Positions 20,725-30,194 of a stretch of 64,000 bases of DNA are shown in pieces; within the stretch, counting starts at the first letter, position 1; the number at the start of each line of letters is the position of its first letter. The notes under the pieces are model-generated. The model had not been told where the DNA came from. It made no database searches and saw only the letters and a program-made list of their open reading frames with translations. The stretch covers positions 15,489 through 79,488 of the forward strand of contig CAKOMD010000003.1 of the NCBI GenBank assembly GCA_934096555.1, written 5' to 3'. The stretch comes from an uncultured Bacilli bacterium (GTDB lineage: Bacteria; Bacillota_I; Bacilli_A; RF39; UBA660). The position numbers and the translations under genes were made by a program.

Positions 20725-20741
20725 TACTTACCTCCTATAAA

Positions 20742-20954
20742 ATAAAAAAATAAGGCTAACCAAAGGACGAAAAATATTCCGCGGTACCACCTTATTTTAT
20801 AATATATACACTCATTAAGTTATAACGTAACAACCGTTTATACCTATTAGATATAACTGCTCCAGAACCATTTATAATAGCTTTTCTTATCTATTTTCAC
20901 CAAACATAGACTCTCTATAAATATTACTATTACTCTTTCCTTCTTCGCTTTACA
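20742..20954 (-). promoter_or_regulatory. T-box leader (tRNA-sensing riboswitch) upstream of dut-metG
   Basis: The minus strand carries AGAGAG followed by a GGTGAAA distal-loop element in stem I. The canonical T-box core AAGGTGGTACCGCG sits at 20780-20793, followed by a terminator and T-run ending at about 20744. Confidence 0.85.
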
Positions 20955-20960
20955 CAAAGT

Positions 20961-20989
20961 ATTTTATCATACAATAGATATATTTTCAA
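20961..20989 (-). promoter_or_regulatory. sigma-A type promoter for the T-box leader
   Basis: On the minus strand: TTGAAA, a 17 nt spacer, then TAAAAT, a few nt upstream of the leader. Confidence 0.5.
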
Positions 20990-21009
20990 GTATTATTTAT
21001 TATTTTTTT

Positions 21010-21063
21010 CTTAGAGAGCCTAAGGTCTCTCTAAGCAATACTGAGCCTAAAGTCTCAGTATTG
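21010..21063 (+). repeat. tandem intergenic hairpin pair (family C1-C2)
   Basis: cttagagag-CCTAAGGT-ctctctaag abuts caatactgag-CCTAAAGT-ctcagtattg. Confidence 0.8.
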
Positions 21064-21147
21064 AAGCATTTCATATTGTATAACTATTAAAATTAATTTT
21101 TTAATATATAATAACCTGCTTATATATAATATGTACGGTTGGTACAT

Positions 21148-21208
21148 TATTTTTAGACTACAGGCTAAAAATAACACTAGTAAGACTTATACATAAGGCT
21201 TACTAGTG
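21148..21208 (-). repeat. tandem intergenic hairpin pair, inverted orientation (family C3-C4)
   Basis: tatttttag-ACTACAGG-ctaaaaata and cactagtaag-ACTTATACATAAGG-cttactagtg. The loops are reverse complements of the CC..GT type. Confidence 0.75.
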
Positions 21209-21220
21209 AACATAAATAAA

Positions 21221-21751
21221 TTAATCAACAAATTGTTTACTAAGTAAATTAGATAAAACAATAGCCAGTTTATCTTCAGTATCAGATAAAGGAGTATCTA
21301 AAGATATTAATATTACACTACCAATAGCATCACCATTATTAACAATCGAAGCAAAAGTATAATAACCAACATCTTCCTCATCTTCAATTATTTTAAACTC
21401 CTTCTTTTGTTTTTCAGAAAAAGAATCCCTTCTTTCAATAGAACGTTCAGTAAACTCATTAATATTTTTACCCAAATACTTCTTCTTTAAAGGGCCACTA
21501 ACAGCAACCACTTTATCCCTATCAGTAACAATAATATTATGCTTAATAATTTGATTAAATGCTTCCACATAGTCAACAGAAATACTCTCTAAACTTTCAA
21601 TTTGTGAAAATTTCTTTAATATAATACTATCACCGTCCAAATAGACTTCTAAACTTTCACCATTTTTAATTCTTAAACTCTTTCTAATCTCTTTTGGTAT
21701 AACAATTCTACCAAGTTCATCAATTCTTCTAATAACTCCAGTTGTTTTCAT
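21221..21751 (-). CDS. spoVT: stage V sporulation protein T (AbrB-family regulator)
   Basis: 176 aa with the N-terminal swapped-hairpin GVIRRIDELGRIVIPKEIR and a GAF-like C-domain. It lies downstream of mfd, as in Bacillus. Confidence 0.85.
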   Translation of the reverse strand: MKTTGVIRRIDELGRIVIPKEIRKSLRIKNGESLEVYLDGDSIILKKFSQIESLESISVDYVEAFNQIIKHNIIVTDRDKVVAVSGPLKKKYLGKNINEFTERSIERRDSFSEKQKKEFKIIEDEEDVGYYTFASIVNNGDAIGSVILISLDTPLSDTEDKLAIVLSNLLSKQFVD

Positions 21752-21834
21752 ATATTCACCTATACTTTCTTTAATATTTTGTCAAATAAATAAATAATTA
21801 TACAAGTAAACAAAAAGAAATAAAATATTTAACT

Positions 21835-24800
21835 TTATTTCTTAATATCTTTAATAATAACACTAAGTAAATCATTCAAATAATATACAAAATGTTTATC
21901 TAATTTAATAGTATCTAAATAAATATGAATCTGATTATTACTATAAGAAAATCTAAAATATTTAGATATTTCATATGCTGTAAAAAACAACTTTTCACCA
22001 TCAATTTGTTTAGACAAATACTGTGGAAGAACTATCTCAACATAACTCTTAGTTTGTTTAGTTTCACTAATATTAAGAGACTTAGCCTGTTTCTCAAACC
22101 ATTCTTCATGCATATAAATAATCATTTCATCAGTAACTTTACCAAATCTATCTCTAAGTACTGTACATAAATTATCAATATCTTCCTCAGAATTAATATT
22201 ATTAATTAATTTATGAACTTCAAGTTTAATTTCATCATCAGGAGCATATTCATTAGAAATATGCGTTTCAACTTCAATAAGAGGTTTAGAACTTTCATCT
22301 TTTTCTTCTTCTATCTTAATACCTTTAAGTTTATCAACTTCTTCTTTTAACATCTTCAAATACAAATCAATACCAATGCTATCAATAAAACCAGATTGTT
22401 CACTACCAAGAATATCTCCTGCTCCTCTAATAGATAAATCTCTCATAGCTATCTTAAAACCACTACCAAGTTCAGTAAACTCTTTTATAGTATTAAGTCT
22501 TTTAACTGCCAAATCATTAAGTTCTTTTCTGCTATTATACATAAGATAAGCATAACCAATCCTATCACTACGACCAATTCTACCTCTAATTTGATATAAT
22601 TGCGATAAACCAAATCTATCAGCATCCAAAACAATCAAAGTATTAACATTAGGAATATCAATACCAGTTTCAATAATTGTCGTACAAAGTAATATATCAA
22701 ACTTATGATTAGTAAAATCAATCATAATATTCTCAAGTTCAACCTTAGTCATTCTACCATGAGCATATCTAATATTAGCCTCTGGTACCAATTTATGTAT
22801 CTCTTCAAGTTTACTATCTATTTTTTCAACACTATTATAAAGCATAAACACTTGACCATTTCTAGATAATTCCTTATAAATAGCATCCTTAATAATATTA
22901 TTACTTTCAGGCATTACATAAGTCTGTATTGGTCTTCGCTTCTCTGGAGGAGTCTCAATAAGAGCAAGCCCTCTAATACCAGACATAGACATTTGAAGAG
23001 TTCTAGGAATAGGAGTAGCACTAAGAGTTAAAACATCAATACTACTCTTATATTTCTTAACCTTTTCTTTATGTACAACACCAAATCTCTGTTCCTCATC
23101 AATAATAAGTAATCCTAAATCCTTAAAATCCACTTTATCATTAAGAAGTTTATGTGTACCAAATAAAATATCAATTTTACCTTCTTTTAAATTATTAAAA
23201 ATAATATTTTGTTCTTTAACAGAAGTAAACCTATTAAGTAATGCAATATTAATTGGAAAATCAGCAAATCTATCCAGTGCAGAATTATATTGCTGACTAG
23301 AAAGAATAGTTGTAGGACATAAATAAGCAACTTGTTTACCATCATTAACAGCCTTAAATATTGCCCTAAAAGCCACCTCTGTCTTGCCATATCCAACATC
23401 ACCACATAAGAGCATATCCATAGGTTTATCCTTTTCCATTTCATGTTTAATAATTCCTATAGCCCTCTCTTGATCAGCAGTAGCAGTATATTTAAATTTA
23501 CTTTCAAATAACAGTTGTTCTTCATCATCAGGACTAAAAGCAAAACCTTTAGAATTTTCTCTTTCAGCAGACACTCTAATCAAATCACCAGCTATATTCT
23601 CTAGTTTACTTCTAACTCTAGCCTTCTTCTTATTCCAAGAATCAGTACCCAACTTATCAAGTCTTACAATAGCCCCTTCTCTACCAATAAACTTAGTAAT
23701 CTTATCAATTTTTTCTACTGGTAAATATAAAACATCACCATCAGCATATAAAAGCTTAATATAATCCTTTTTCAAGCCATTCTTAGATAAAGTACATAGT
23801 TCAACATATTGTCCAATACCATGATCAATATGAACAATATAATCACCCTTCTCTAAGTTGTTAATATTACTAATTTTAGTACCAACTTTATATTTATTTT
23901 TAACTTTTTTCTTTTCTTCTATCTTACCAAATAAATCATTTGAAGAAATAACAACATAATTATCATATATAAATCCACTTATAATATATTTATTAATAAT
24001 ATTAATCTTATTCTTAATAATTTCATTCTCTCTAGTTAATACAACATCATCCATAATATCTAAATAAGTGATAACTCTCTTAGCAACATCTTTATTATCG
24101 ATACACATAATAACAGTCTTACCACTACTAATATATTTAAAAAGACTTGTTTTAATCTTTTCAAAATTACCATTATAATTATCAATATTATTAGATAAAT
24201 AATTATTTTTACATTTAATATTTAAATCAAGAATATTATCAAATTCTAACATATAAATAATATTATTATATTTAACTGAAGAAATATCAAACATATAATC
24301 AGTTTTAATAGAATCATTTGTCTCTTTATCATAATTAATAATACTCTCCCTAAGTAATCTATAAGCCGATATAATTTGATTATAATCATAATATATAAGA
24401 GTATAATTGTCTAAATAATTCCATATACCCTGAATATTTTTAGAATAATGTAGTAAATATTTTTGCTTACACATTTTACTGTCAACATCTAACTTATTAT
24501 CAAGTAAAAATTCTGTAAAAGGATATATAGAAATAGTATTAATACTATCATTAGAAATCTGACTATCCAAATCAAAATATTTAATACTATCAATAGTATC
24601 TCCCCAAAACTCTATCCTAATAGGACTATCAGTTTCCATAGGAAATATATCAATTACATATCCCCTAATAGCTATTTCTCCTGTCTTAGTAACAAGCGGT
24701 ACTCTAACATAACCTAAGTCAATTAAATTGTTAATTAACATATCTCTATTTACATCTTCATTAACATTCAAATTAATAATTTTACTATCATATAAAGACT

Positions 24801-25152
24801 TATTAGGAAGATATCTAAGTAATCCCATTAAATTAGTTACAACAATATATTTATCATTATTAACAAGTTTATTCAAAGTATTCAATCTCTCAATCATAAG
24901 TTCAGGACTGACAATTGAAGCTTCACTAGTCATAAAGTCATCCATAGGAAAAAATAGAATCTTATCAGTATAATTAGATAATCTATTATATAAATCATTA
25001 GCTTCGTATAAAGAATTAGTAACAAGTAAAATACTATTATTATATTTTTTAAAATAATCATAAACATAAATACTATTAAGTTCTTTATTTAACCCAGTAA
25101 CTAGTTGTTCATCTTTATCATTAACATCAAATAAATTATCAAAAAACTTCAT
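21835..25152 (-). CDS. mfd: transcription-repair coupling factor
   Basis: 1105 aa with a CarD-like RID domain and SF2 motifs GDVGYGKTEV and DEEQRFG. Confidence 0.95.
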   Translation of the reverse strand: MKFFDNLFDVNDKDEQLVTGLNKELNSIYVYDYFKKYNNSILLVTNSLYEANDLYNRLSNYTDKILFFPMDDFMTSEASIVSPELMIERLNTLNKLVNNDKYIVVTNLMGLLRYLPNKSLYDSKIINLNVNEDVNRDMLINNLIDLGYVRVPLVTKTGEIAIRGYVIDIFPMETDSPIRIEFWGDTIDSIKYFDLDSQISNDSINTISIYPFTEFLLDNKLDVDSKMCKQKYLLHYSKNIQGIWNYLDNYTLIYYDYNQIISAYRLLRESIINYDKETNDSIKTDYMFDISSVKYNNIIYMLEFDNILDLNIKCKNNYLSNNIDNYNGNFEKIKTSLFKYISSGKTVIMCIDNKDVAKRVITYLDIMDDVVLTRENEIIKNKINIINKYIISGFIYDNYVVISSNDLFGKIEEKKKVKNKYKVGTKISNINNLEKGDYIVHIDHGIGQYVELCTLSKNGLKKDYIKLLYADGDVLYLPVEKIDKITKFIGREGAIVRLDKLGTDSWNKKKARVRSKLENIAGDLIRVSAERENSKGFAFSPDDEEQLLFESKFKYTATADQERAIGIIKHEMEKDKPMDMLLCGDVGYGKTEVAFRAIFKAVNDGKQVAYLCPTTILSSQQYNSALDRFADFPINIALLNRFTSVKEQNIIFNNLKEGKIDILFGTHKLLNDKVDFKDLGLLIIDEEQRFGVVHKEKVKKYKSSIDVLTLSATPIPRTLQMSMSGIRGLALIETPPEKRRPIQTYVMPESNNIIKDAIYKELSRNGQVFMLYNSVEKIDSKLEEIHKLVPEANIRYAHGRMTKVELENIMIDFTNHKFDILLCTTIIETGIDIPNVNTLIVLDADRFGLSQLYQIRGRIGRSDRIGYAYLMYNSRKELNDLAVKRLNTIKEFTELGSGFKIAMRDLSIRGAGDILGSEQSGFIDSIGIDLYLKMLKEEVDKLKGIKIEEEKDESSKPLIEVETHISNEYAPDDEIKLEVHKLINNINSEEDIDNLCTVLRDRFGKVTDEMIIYMHEEWFEKQAKSLNISETKQTKSYVEIVLPQYLSKQIDGEKLFFTAYEISKYFRFSYSNNQIHIYLDTIKLDKHFVYYLNDLLSVIIKDIKK

Positions 25153-25206
25153 ATATTATCACCCTCAATACTAAAAGATACAAATATATTGTATCTCATT
25201 TTATAT

Positions 25207-25776
25207 TTAATTATTTTTATTACTATAAATTTGTTTTAAAGTATTAGTATCTTTACTAATAAAATTTTCCACTATATCAAGTACCTTATCATAAGAATCA
25301 GTTAAAACTTTCCAATCAGCATCTTTAAATTTACCAAGTACATAATCTTTAGTATCAATATTTTTATTATGAGAAATACCAATTTTTAATCTAGTAAATT
25401 TTTGACTACTCAAATTATTAATGATACTTTTAATTCCATTGTGGCCACCACTAGAACTATCAAAAACAATTCTAATTTTTCCTAGTTCCATATCTAAATC
25501 ATCATGAATAACCAAAAGATCATTAACATCAATATCATAATAATTCATGTATTTAATTACACTATCACCAGATAAATTCATAAATGTAAGTGGCTTTACT
25601 AAAATAACCTTTTCTCCCATCAAATTAAAACTAGCCTCAAGAGCATTAAATTTCTTATTTTCACTAAATGTAATATTATACTTATTCGCTAATAAATCAA
25701 GAACATTAAACCCAATGTTATGTCTAGTCTTATCGTATTCCTTTCCAGGATTACCTAGTCCCACAATTAACTTCAT
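25207..25776 (-). CDS. pth: peptidyl-tRNA hydrolase
   Basis: MKLIVGLGNPG..YDKTRHNIGF. Confidence 0.95.
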   Translation of the reverse strand: MKLIVGLGNPGKEYDKTRHNIGFNVLDLLANKYNITFSENKKFNALEASFNLMGEKVILVKPLTFMNLSGDSVIKYMNYYDIDVNDLLVIHDDLDMELGKIRIVFDSSSGGHNGIKSIINNLSSQKFTRLKIGISHNKNIDTKDYVLGKFKDADWKVLTDSYDKVLDIVENFISKDTNTLKQIYSNKNN

Positions 25777-26624
25777 TATTTATCCTCCTGATGATACTCT
25801 TTATAAATAACATTTTTAGCAAGGTCTCTATCCTTAGCAACCTTCTTAATCGAAGTCATTACATCAAATCCAGCACTAATATAATTATTTACAGCATCGC
25901 GAACACTAATAGTATCATCTCTTTTTCTTTCTTTCATACCACTAACGACAACAACAAATTCTCCTTTTTCAGGAACAAGACTAATTACAGTACTAATCTT
26001 TCCACGATAAATAGTCTCAAATTTTTTAGTAATCTCCCTAGATATACTAATATCTCTATCACCAAATATATCTAGCATCATATTCAAAGTTTTCATAATT
26101 CTATGAGGAGCTTCATAAAAAATCATAGTTTCTTCTTCATCTGATAAAACCTCTAACTCTTTTTTTCTAATACTATCCTTACTATCAAGAAAACCATAAA
26201 ACAAAAATGGCTGCGGTGCAATACCAGAAGTAATTAGAGCCGGAACAAATGCAGTAGCTCCAGGAAGTGCAACAACATTATAACCATTATCACCAACATA
26301 TTTTACTGTCTTATATCCAGGATCACTAATTATTGGAGTTCCTCTATCAGTAACCAAAGCAACATTATCACCATTTTTAAGATAATCAAGGACTTTTTCT
26401 TTAACAGTATCTTCATTATGTTCATGAAGAGAAATTAATTTTTTGCTAATATTATAGTGGGTAAGTAAGTTCAATGTTACCCTAGTATCTTCTGAAAAGA
26501 CTACATTTACTTCATTAAGTATTCTAATACTTCTATAAGTCATATCCTCTAAGTTTCCAATAGGAGTAGATATCAAATATAAAGTCGGACTATTATTATA
26601 ACTATTTTGTATCATAAAACTCAC
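25776..26624 (-). CDS. rsmI: 16S rRNA (cytidine1402-2'-O)-methyltransferase
   Basis: Tetrapyrrole-methylase fold with LYLISTPIGNLEDMTYR. Confidence 0.9.
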   Translation of the reverse strand: MSFMIQNSYNNSPTLYLISTPIGNLEDMTYRSIRILNEVNVVFSEDTRVTLNLLTHYNISKKLISLHEHNEDTVKEKVLDYLKNGDNVALVTDRGTPIISDPGYKTVKYVGDNGYNVVALPGATAFVPALITSGIAPQPFLFYGFLDSKDSIRKKELEVLSDEEETMIFYEAPHRIMKTLNMMLDIFGDRDISISREITKKFETIYRGKISTVISLVPEKGEFVVVVSGMKERKRDDTISVRDAVNNYISAGFDVMTSIKKVAKDRDLAKNVIYKEYHQEDK

Positions 26625-27343
26625 TCCTCAAACATATCCTTTACTTCATCAGAATAGACATTTCTTTTATCATAAACATATAAAGGATTCATTACTTTAA
26701 CACCACCATTGCCATTTAAAGTACCTTCAATCAAAATCAAATCACTATTCTTTAATCTGTTAGGATAAACAAATCTAATTTTTTTAGGTTCAAAATTATA
26801 CTTTTTCATAAGAAACAATATTTCCATCAATCTTTCACTTCTATGAACCATAGCTAGTCTTCCATTATTTTTAAGTAAATATTTACTAACTTTCATAACA
26901 TCTTCTAATGACAACGTCTTTTCATGTCTTGCTAAAGCCTTAAAATTATTATTATTTTCAAACAAAATATTGTTAGTTTTAAAATAAGGTGGATTACAAG
27001 TAATAACATCAAAGGTATCAGATTCAAAAGTATTAGGAAGATTATTAATATCATCATTTATCAAAGTTATCTGATCAGTCATTTTATTTTCATTAATAGA
27101 TATTCTTCCCAAATTGTATACCTCTTTTTGTATCTCAACACCATATATGTGAGCTTTAGTTCTATATGTCAAAAGCATTGGAATAGGTGCATTACCAGTA
27201 GCCAAATCAAGTATTTTCTTATCTCTCCTATTAATTGTCACAAATTTAGCAAGCAAAAGACTATCAAGAGACATCTTAAAATATTCAGTATCTTGATATA
27301 TATACGCATTTTTATAGTTTAACAAATTATTCTTTACTATCAT
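26621..27343 (-). CDS. tRNA (adenine-N6)-methyltransferase, YabB/TrmN6-like
   Basis: SAM-MTase with the CNPPYF motif, syntenic with Bacillus yabB. Confidence 0.75.
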   Translation of the reverse strand: MIVKNNLLNYKNAYIYQDTEYFKMSLDSLLLAKFVTINRRDKKILDLATGNAPIPMLLTYRTKAHIYGVEIQKEVYNLGRISINENKMTDQITLINDDINNLPNTFESDTFDVITCNPPYFKTNNILFENNNNFKALARHEKTLSLEDVMKVSKYLLKNNGRLAMVHRSERLMEILFLMKKYNFEPKKIRFVYPNRLKNSDLILIEGTLNGNGGVKVMNPLYVYDKRNVYSDEVKDMFEE

Positions 27344-28100
27344 TTACATTAACTTCAATTATTTCATCACCTATAAGTACCTTATATTTACCACGTAATG
27401 GTTCAGATGAAATAACCTTACCTTCCTTTCCATTAATAAAAGTTTTTTTTCCAACCTCTAAAACATCCTTTTTTAATTCAGTATATAACTCATTTTCATA
27501 ATTTAAACAGCATAAAAGTCTACCACAAACACCATTAATTTTTGTAGGATTTAATGCAAGCCCCTGATTTTTTGCCATACTAATAGATACAGCATCAAAA
27601 CTAGTAAGAAATGTACTACAGCACAAGTGTCTACCACAAGGACCAATACCTCCAATTTCTTTTGCCTTATCACGAATTCCTATTTGCCTCAATTCAATCC
27701 TTGTTTTAAGTCTAAAACCAAGTTCTCTGGCTAAATTTCTAAAATCAATTCTTTCATCAGCCAAAAATCTGAATAACAATTGACTTCTATCAAAATTATA
27801 AGTTGCATCGATAATAACCATTTTTAAATTATTTTTTTCCGCCAACTGTCGACATTTATCTAGTGCTAATTTAGCCTCATTTATATTTTTTAAGTGCTGA
27901 AGATAATCCTTTTTTGAGGCAATTCTAACAATTTTATCATAATTACTATCATCTACATCAAATAAATCAAGAACAGTGCCAAACTCCATTCCTCTTTCAG
28001 TATTAACAATAACAGTTAAATTTTTTTTTAAATTAAGATTATTACAATCATAATATTTAGTTTTCCCATAATCATTAACTTTAACACTAGCTATTTTCAT
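27327..28100 (-). CDS. ricT: PSP1-domain protein RicT/YaaT
   Basis: PSP1 C-terminal domain with Cys clusters GPCGRHLCC and CGRLLCC, downstream of holB. Confidence 0.85.
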   Translation of the reverse strand: MKIASVKVNDYGKTKYYDCNNLNLKKNLTVIVNTERGMEFGTVLDLFDVDDSNYDKIVRIASKKDYLQHLKNINEAKLALDKCRQLAEKNNLKMVIIDATYNFDRSQLLFRFLADERIDFRNLARELGFRLKTRIELRQIGIRDKAKEIGGIGPCGRHLCCSTFLTSFDAVSISMAKNQGLALNPTKINGVCGRLLCCLNYENELYTELKKDVLEVGKKTFINGKEGKVISSEPLRGKYKVLIGDEIIEVNVNDSKE

Positions 28101-29034
28101 AATTATCACCACACATATCTATAATCATTTTATCAATAAGTAAATTTATATTCAAGTTTCTTTTTAAATAGTTTTCTATTTTGTCTAATGTTTGAATTTT
28201 TTTAATTAACGCTTCGTAATCATTTTTTTCAGAAACAAAACTAATATCTGATAGCCTGTCCCCATAAAAATAATTATTTAAATTACATTTATACTTAACT
28301 GCATCATAATAAAAATAGATGCAAAGATTAACTGCTAAAACACATAAATCTCTATCCTTAAAATTGCTGTGCCATAATTGTTTAATATAGATAATTGTAT
28401 CAATTCCATTATTTTCAAAATAAATAATAAAATTTATTACATCATCTATTAATTTTCTTTTTTCTATTTCAGTAAGCAAAGTATACTTTGATTGATAAAA
28501 ATATGAAGAAAAGTTATCGACACTATCAGAAGACAAAACTTTTTTATTCAACTTTATAACCTGACACCTAGATATAATTGTTGGTAACATTAAATTAATA
28601 TTGTCAACAATTAATATGGCTATTATCTCATCAATAGGCTCCTCCAAAAATTTAAGTATAGAATTTGCAGTTTGAACATTCATTTTATCAGCAGACTTAA
28701 TAATATAAACTTTTTTATTTCCTTCAATAGCTTTTTTACTAAATTCACTTTGTAAATCCAAAAGTTGATCTTTTTTTATCCACATACCATCAGGTTCAAT
28801 AACCTTAACATCAACATAATTTTCATCATCAATTCGCATACAAATATTTTCTTTTTCATTTTCATCTTTTATATCAGTAGTAATAATCATTTTGGTAAAT
28901 GACAAAACTATATTATAAACATCACTATTACCATTAGAATCAAATAAATAAGCATGAGATAACTTATTATTAGAAATAGAATTATTTAAAACATTATACA
29001 AGATAGGTTGCTCATACTTATAATTATCTAACAT
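28087..29034 (-). CDS. holB: DNA polymerase III delta-prime subunit
   Basis: Starts at MLDNYKYEQP. The SHAYLF and SRCQ clamp-loader blocks are present. Confidence 0.8.
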   Translation of the reverse strand: MLDNYKYEQPILYNVLNNSISNNKLSHAYLFDSNGNSDVYNIVLSFTKMIITTDIKDENEKENICMRIDDENYVDVKVIEPDGMWIKKDQLLDLQSEFSKKAIEGNKKVYIIKSADKMNVQTANSILKFLEEPIDEIIAILIVDNINLMLPTIISRCQVIKLNKKVLSSDSVDNFSSYFYQSKYTLLTEIEKRKLIDDVINFIIYFENNGIDTIIYIKQLWHSNFKDRDLCVLAVNLCIYFYYDAVKYKCNLNNYFYGDRLSDISFVSEKNDYEALIKKIQTLDKIENYLKRNLNINLLIDKMIIDMCGDNYENS

Positions 29035-29048
29035 AACATTACACTCCT

Positions 29049-29264
29049 CTACAGAACGAAAATAGAAAACAAACAAATGCCAATAATACCTGGTAATCCA
29101 AAAACAGAAACAATCAAAATAGTAAATATATTCATTGAAACTGCAGTATTAAGTGGAAAAACAATGACATTAAAAGCATAAATAAATAATATACCAAATA
29201 TAATTTTTTTCATCAAAAACATCAAAAAAGCAATATTTTTTAGCATAAAATAAATTTCACCCAA
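29049..29264 (-). CDS. bofA: BofA-like small membrane protein (pro-sigma-K processing inhibitor family)
   Basis: 71 aa with two TM segments and a C-terminal VFGLPGIIGI block. It lies after recR, as in Bacillus. The exact start is uncertain. Confidence 0.5.
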   Translation of the reverse strand: MGEIYFMLKNIAFLMFLMKKIIFGILFIYAFNVIVFPLNTAVSMNIFTILIVSVFGLPGIIGICLFSIFVL

Positions 29265-29287
29265 GAAATTATATGATAAAAAGAAAT

Positions 29288-29881
29288 TTATATGTCCTTC
29301 CTACCTTCCAAAGCAAATTCTAATGTCATAGGATCGATATATTCAATATCAGTTCCTATAGGAATACCAGTAGCTATTCTAGTCACTTTAACATTCTTGT
29401 TTTCAAGAAGTTTTTTAATATATTGCATTGTAGTTTCACCCTCAATTGAAGGCTTTAAAGCAAGTATAATTTCATTTACTTTGTCGCTATCAATTCTTGA
29501 AATTAATTTATTAATATTAATATCCTCAGGACCAATACCCTCAAGTGGAGATATCAAACTACCAAGGACATGATACTTTCCCTTATAAACATTAATTTTT
29601 TCAAACAAAGAAATATCCTTAGCTTTTTCTACAACAAATATAATATTATTATTTCTTTCCTTATCTAAACAAATGGGACACACGTTTTCTTCACATATAT
29701 TACCGCACACTTCACAATTAGTAAGTTTATCCCTAACATCACATATTGATTCAGAAAATAAAGTAAGTTTATCTTTATCAAAATTAATTAAAGAAAAAGC
29801 AAGTCTTTCAGCTGTTTTTTCACCAATTCCAGGCAAATTCTTCAAACATTCAATAACATTTTTAATACTATTAGGATACAT
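29288..29881 (-). CDS. recR: recombination protein RecR
   Basis: HhH motif, C4 zinc finger (CEVCGN..CPIC) and a Toprim domain. Confidence 0.95.
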   Translation of the reverse strand: MYPNSIKNVIECLKNLPGIGEKTAERLAFSLINFDKDKLTLFSESICDVRDKLTNCEVCGNICEENVCPICLDKERNNNIIFVVEKAKDISLFEKINVYKGKYHVLGSLISPLEGIGPEDININKLISRIDSDKVNEIILALKPSIEGETTMQYIKKLLENKNVKVTRIATGIPIGTDIEYIDPMTLEFALEGRKDI

Positions 29882-29882
29882 A

Positions 29883-30179
29883 TTACATCAAACCATTAAG
29901 CATTTGGCCATATTTGCCGAATTTTTCTTCTTTGTCTTTTTCCATACTATCAATAGCATTATTAACAGCCACTAATATCATATCTTCTAACATATCTTTA
30001 TCATCATTTTCTAATTCTTCCATATTAATATTTATAGATTTTAACTTGCCATTTCCATAAATAGTGGCGGTAACAAATTGAGAACTACCATCATAAGTCT
30101 TACTTTCAAGTTCTTTTTTAGTTTTTTCAATATCCTTTTGCATTTTTCTAGCTTGCATCATCATATTTTGTAAATTCAT
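29883..30179 (-). CDS. ybaB: nucleoid-associated protein YbaB/EbfC
   Basis: 98 aa. It begins with N-terminal MMQARKMQKD and sits between dnaX and recR. Confidence 0.9.
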   Translation of the reverse strand: MNLQNMMMQARKMQKDIEKTKKELESKTYDGSSQFVTATIYGNGKLKSININMEELENDDKDMLEDMILVAVNNAIDSMEKDKEEKFGKYGQMLNGLM

Positions 30180-30194
30180 TTAAATCAATCTCCT

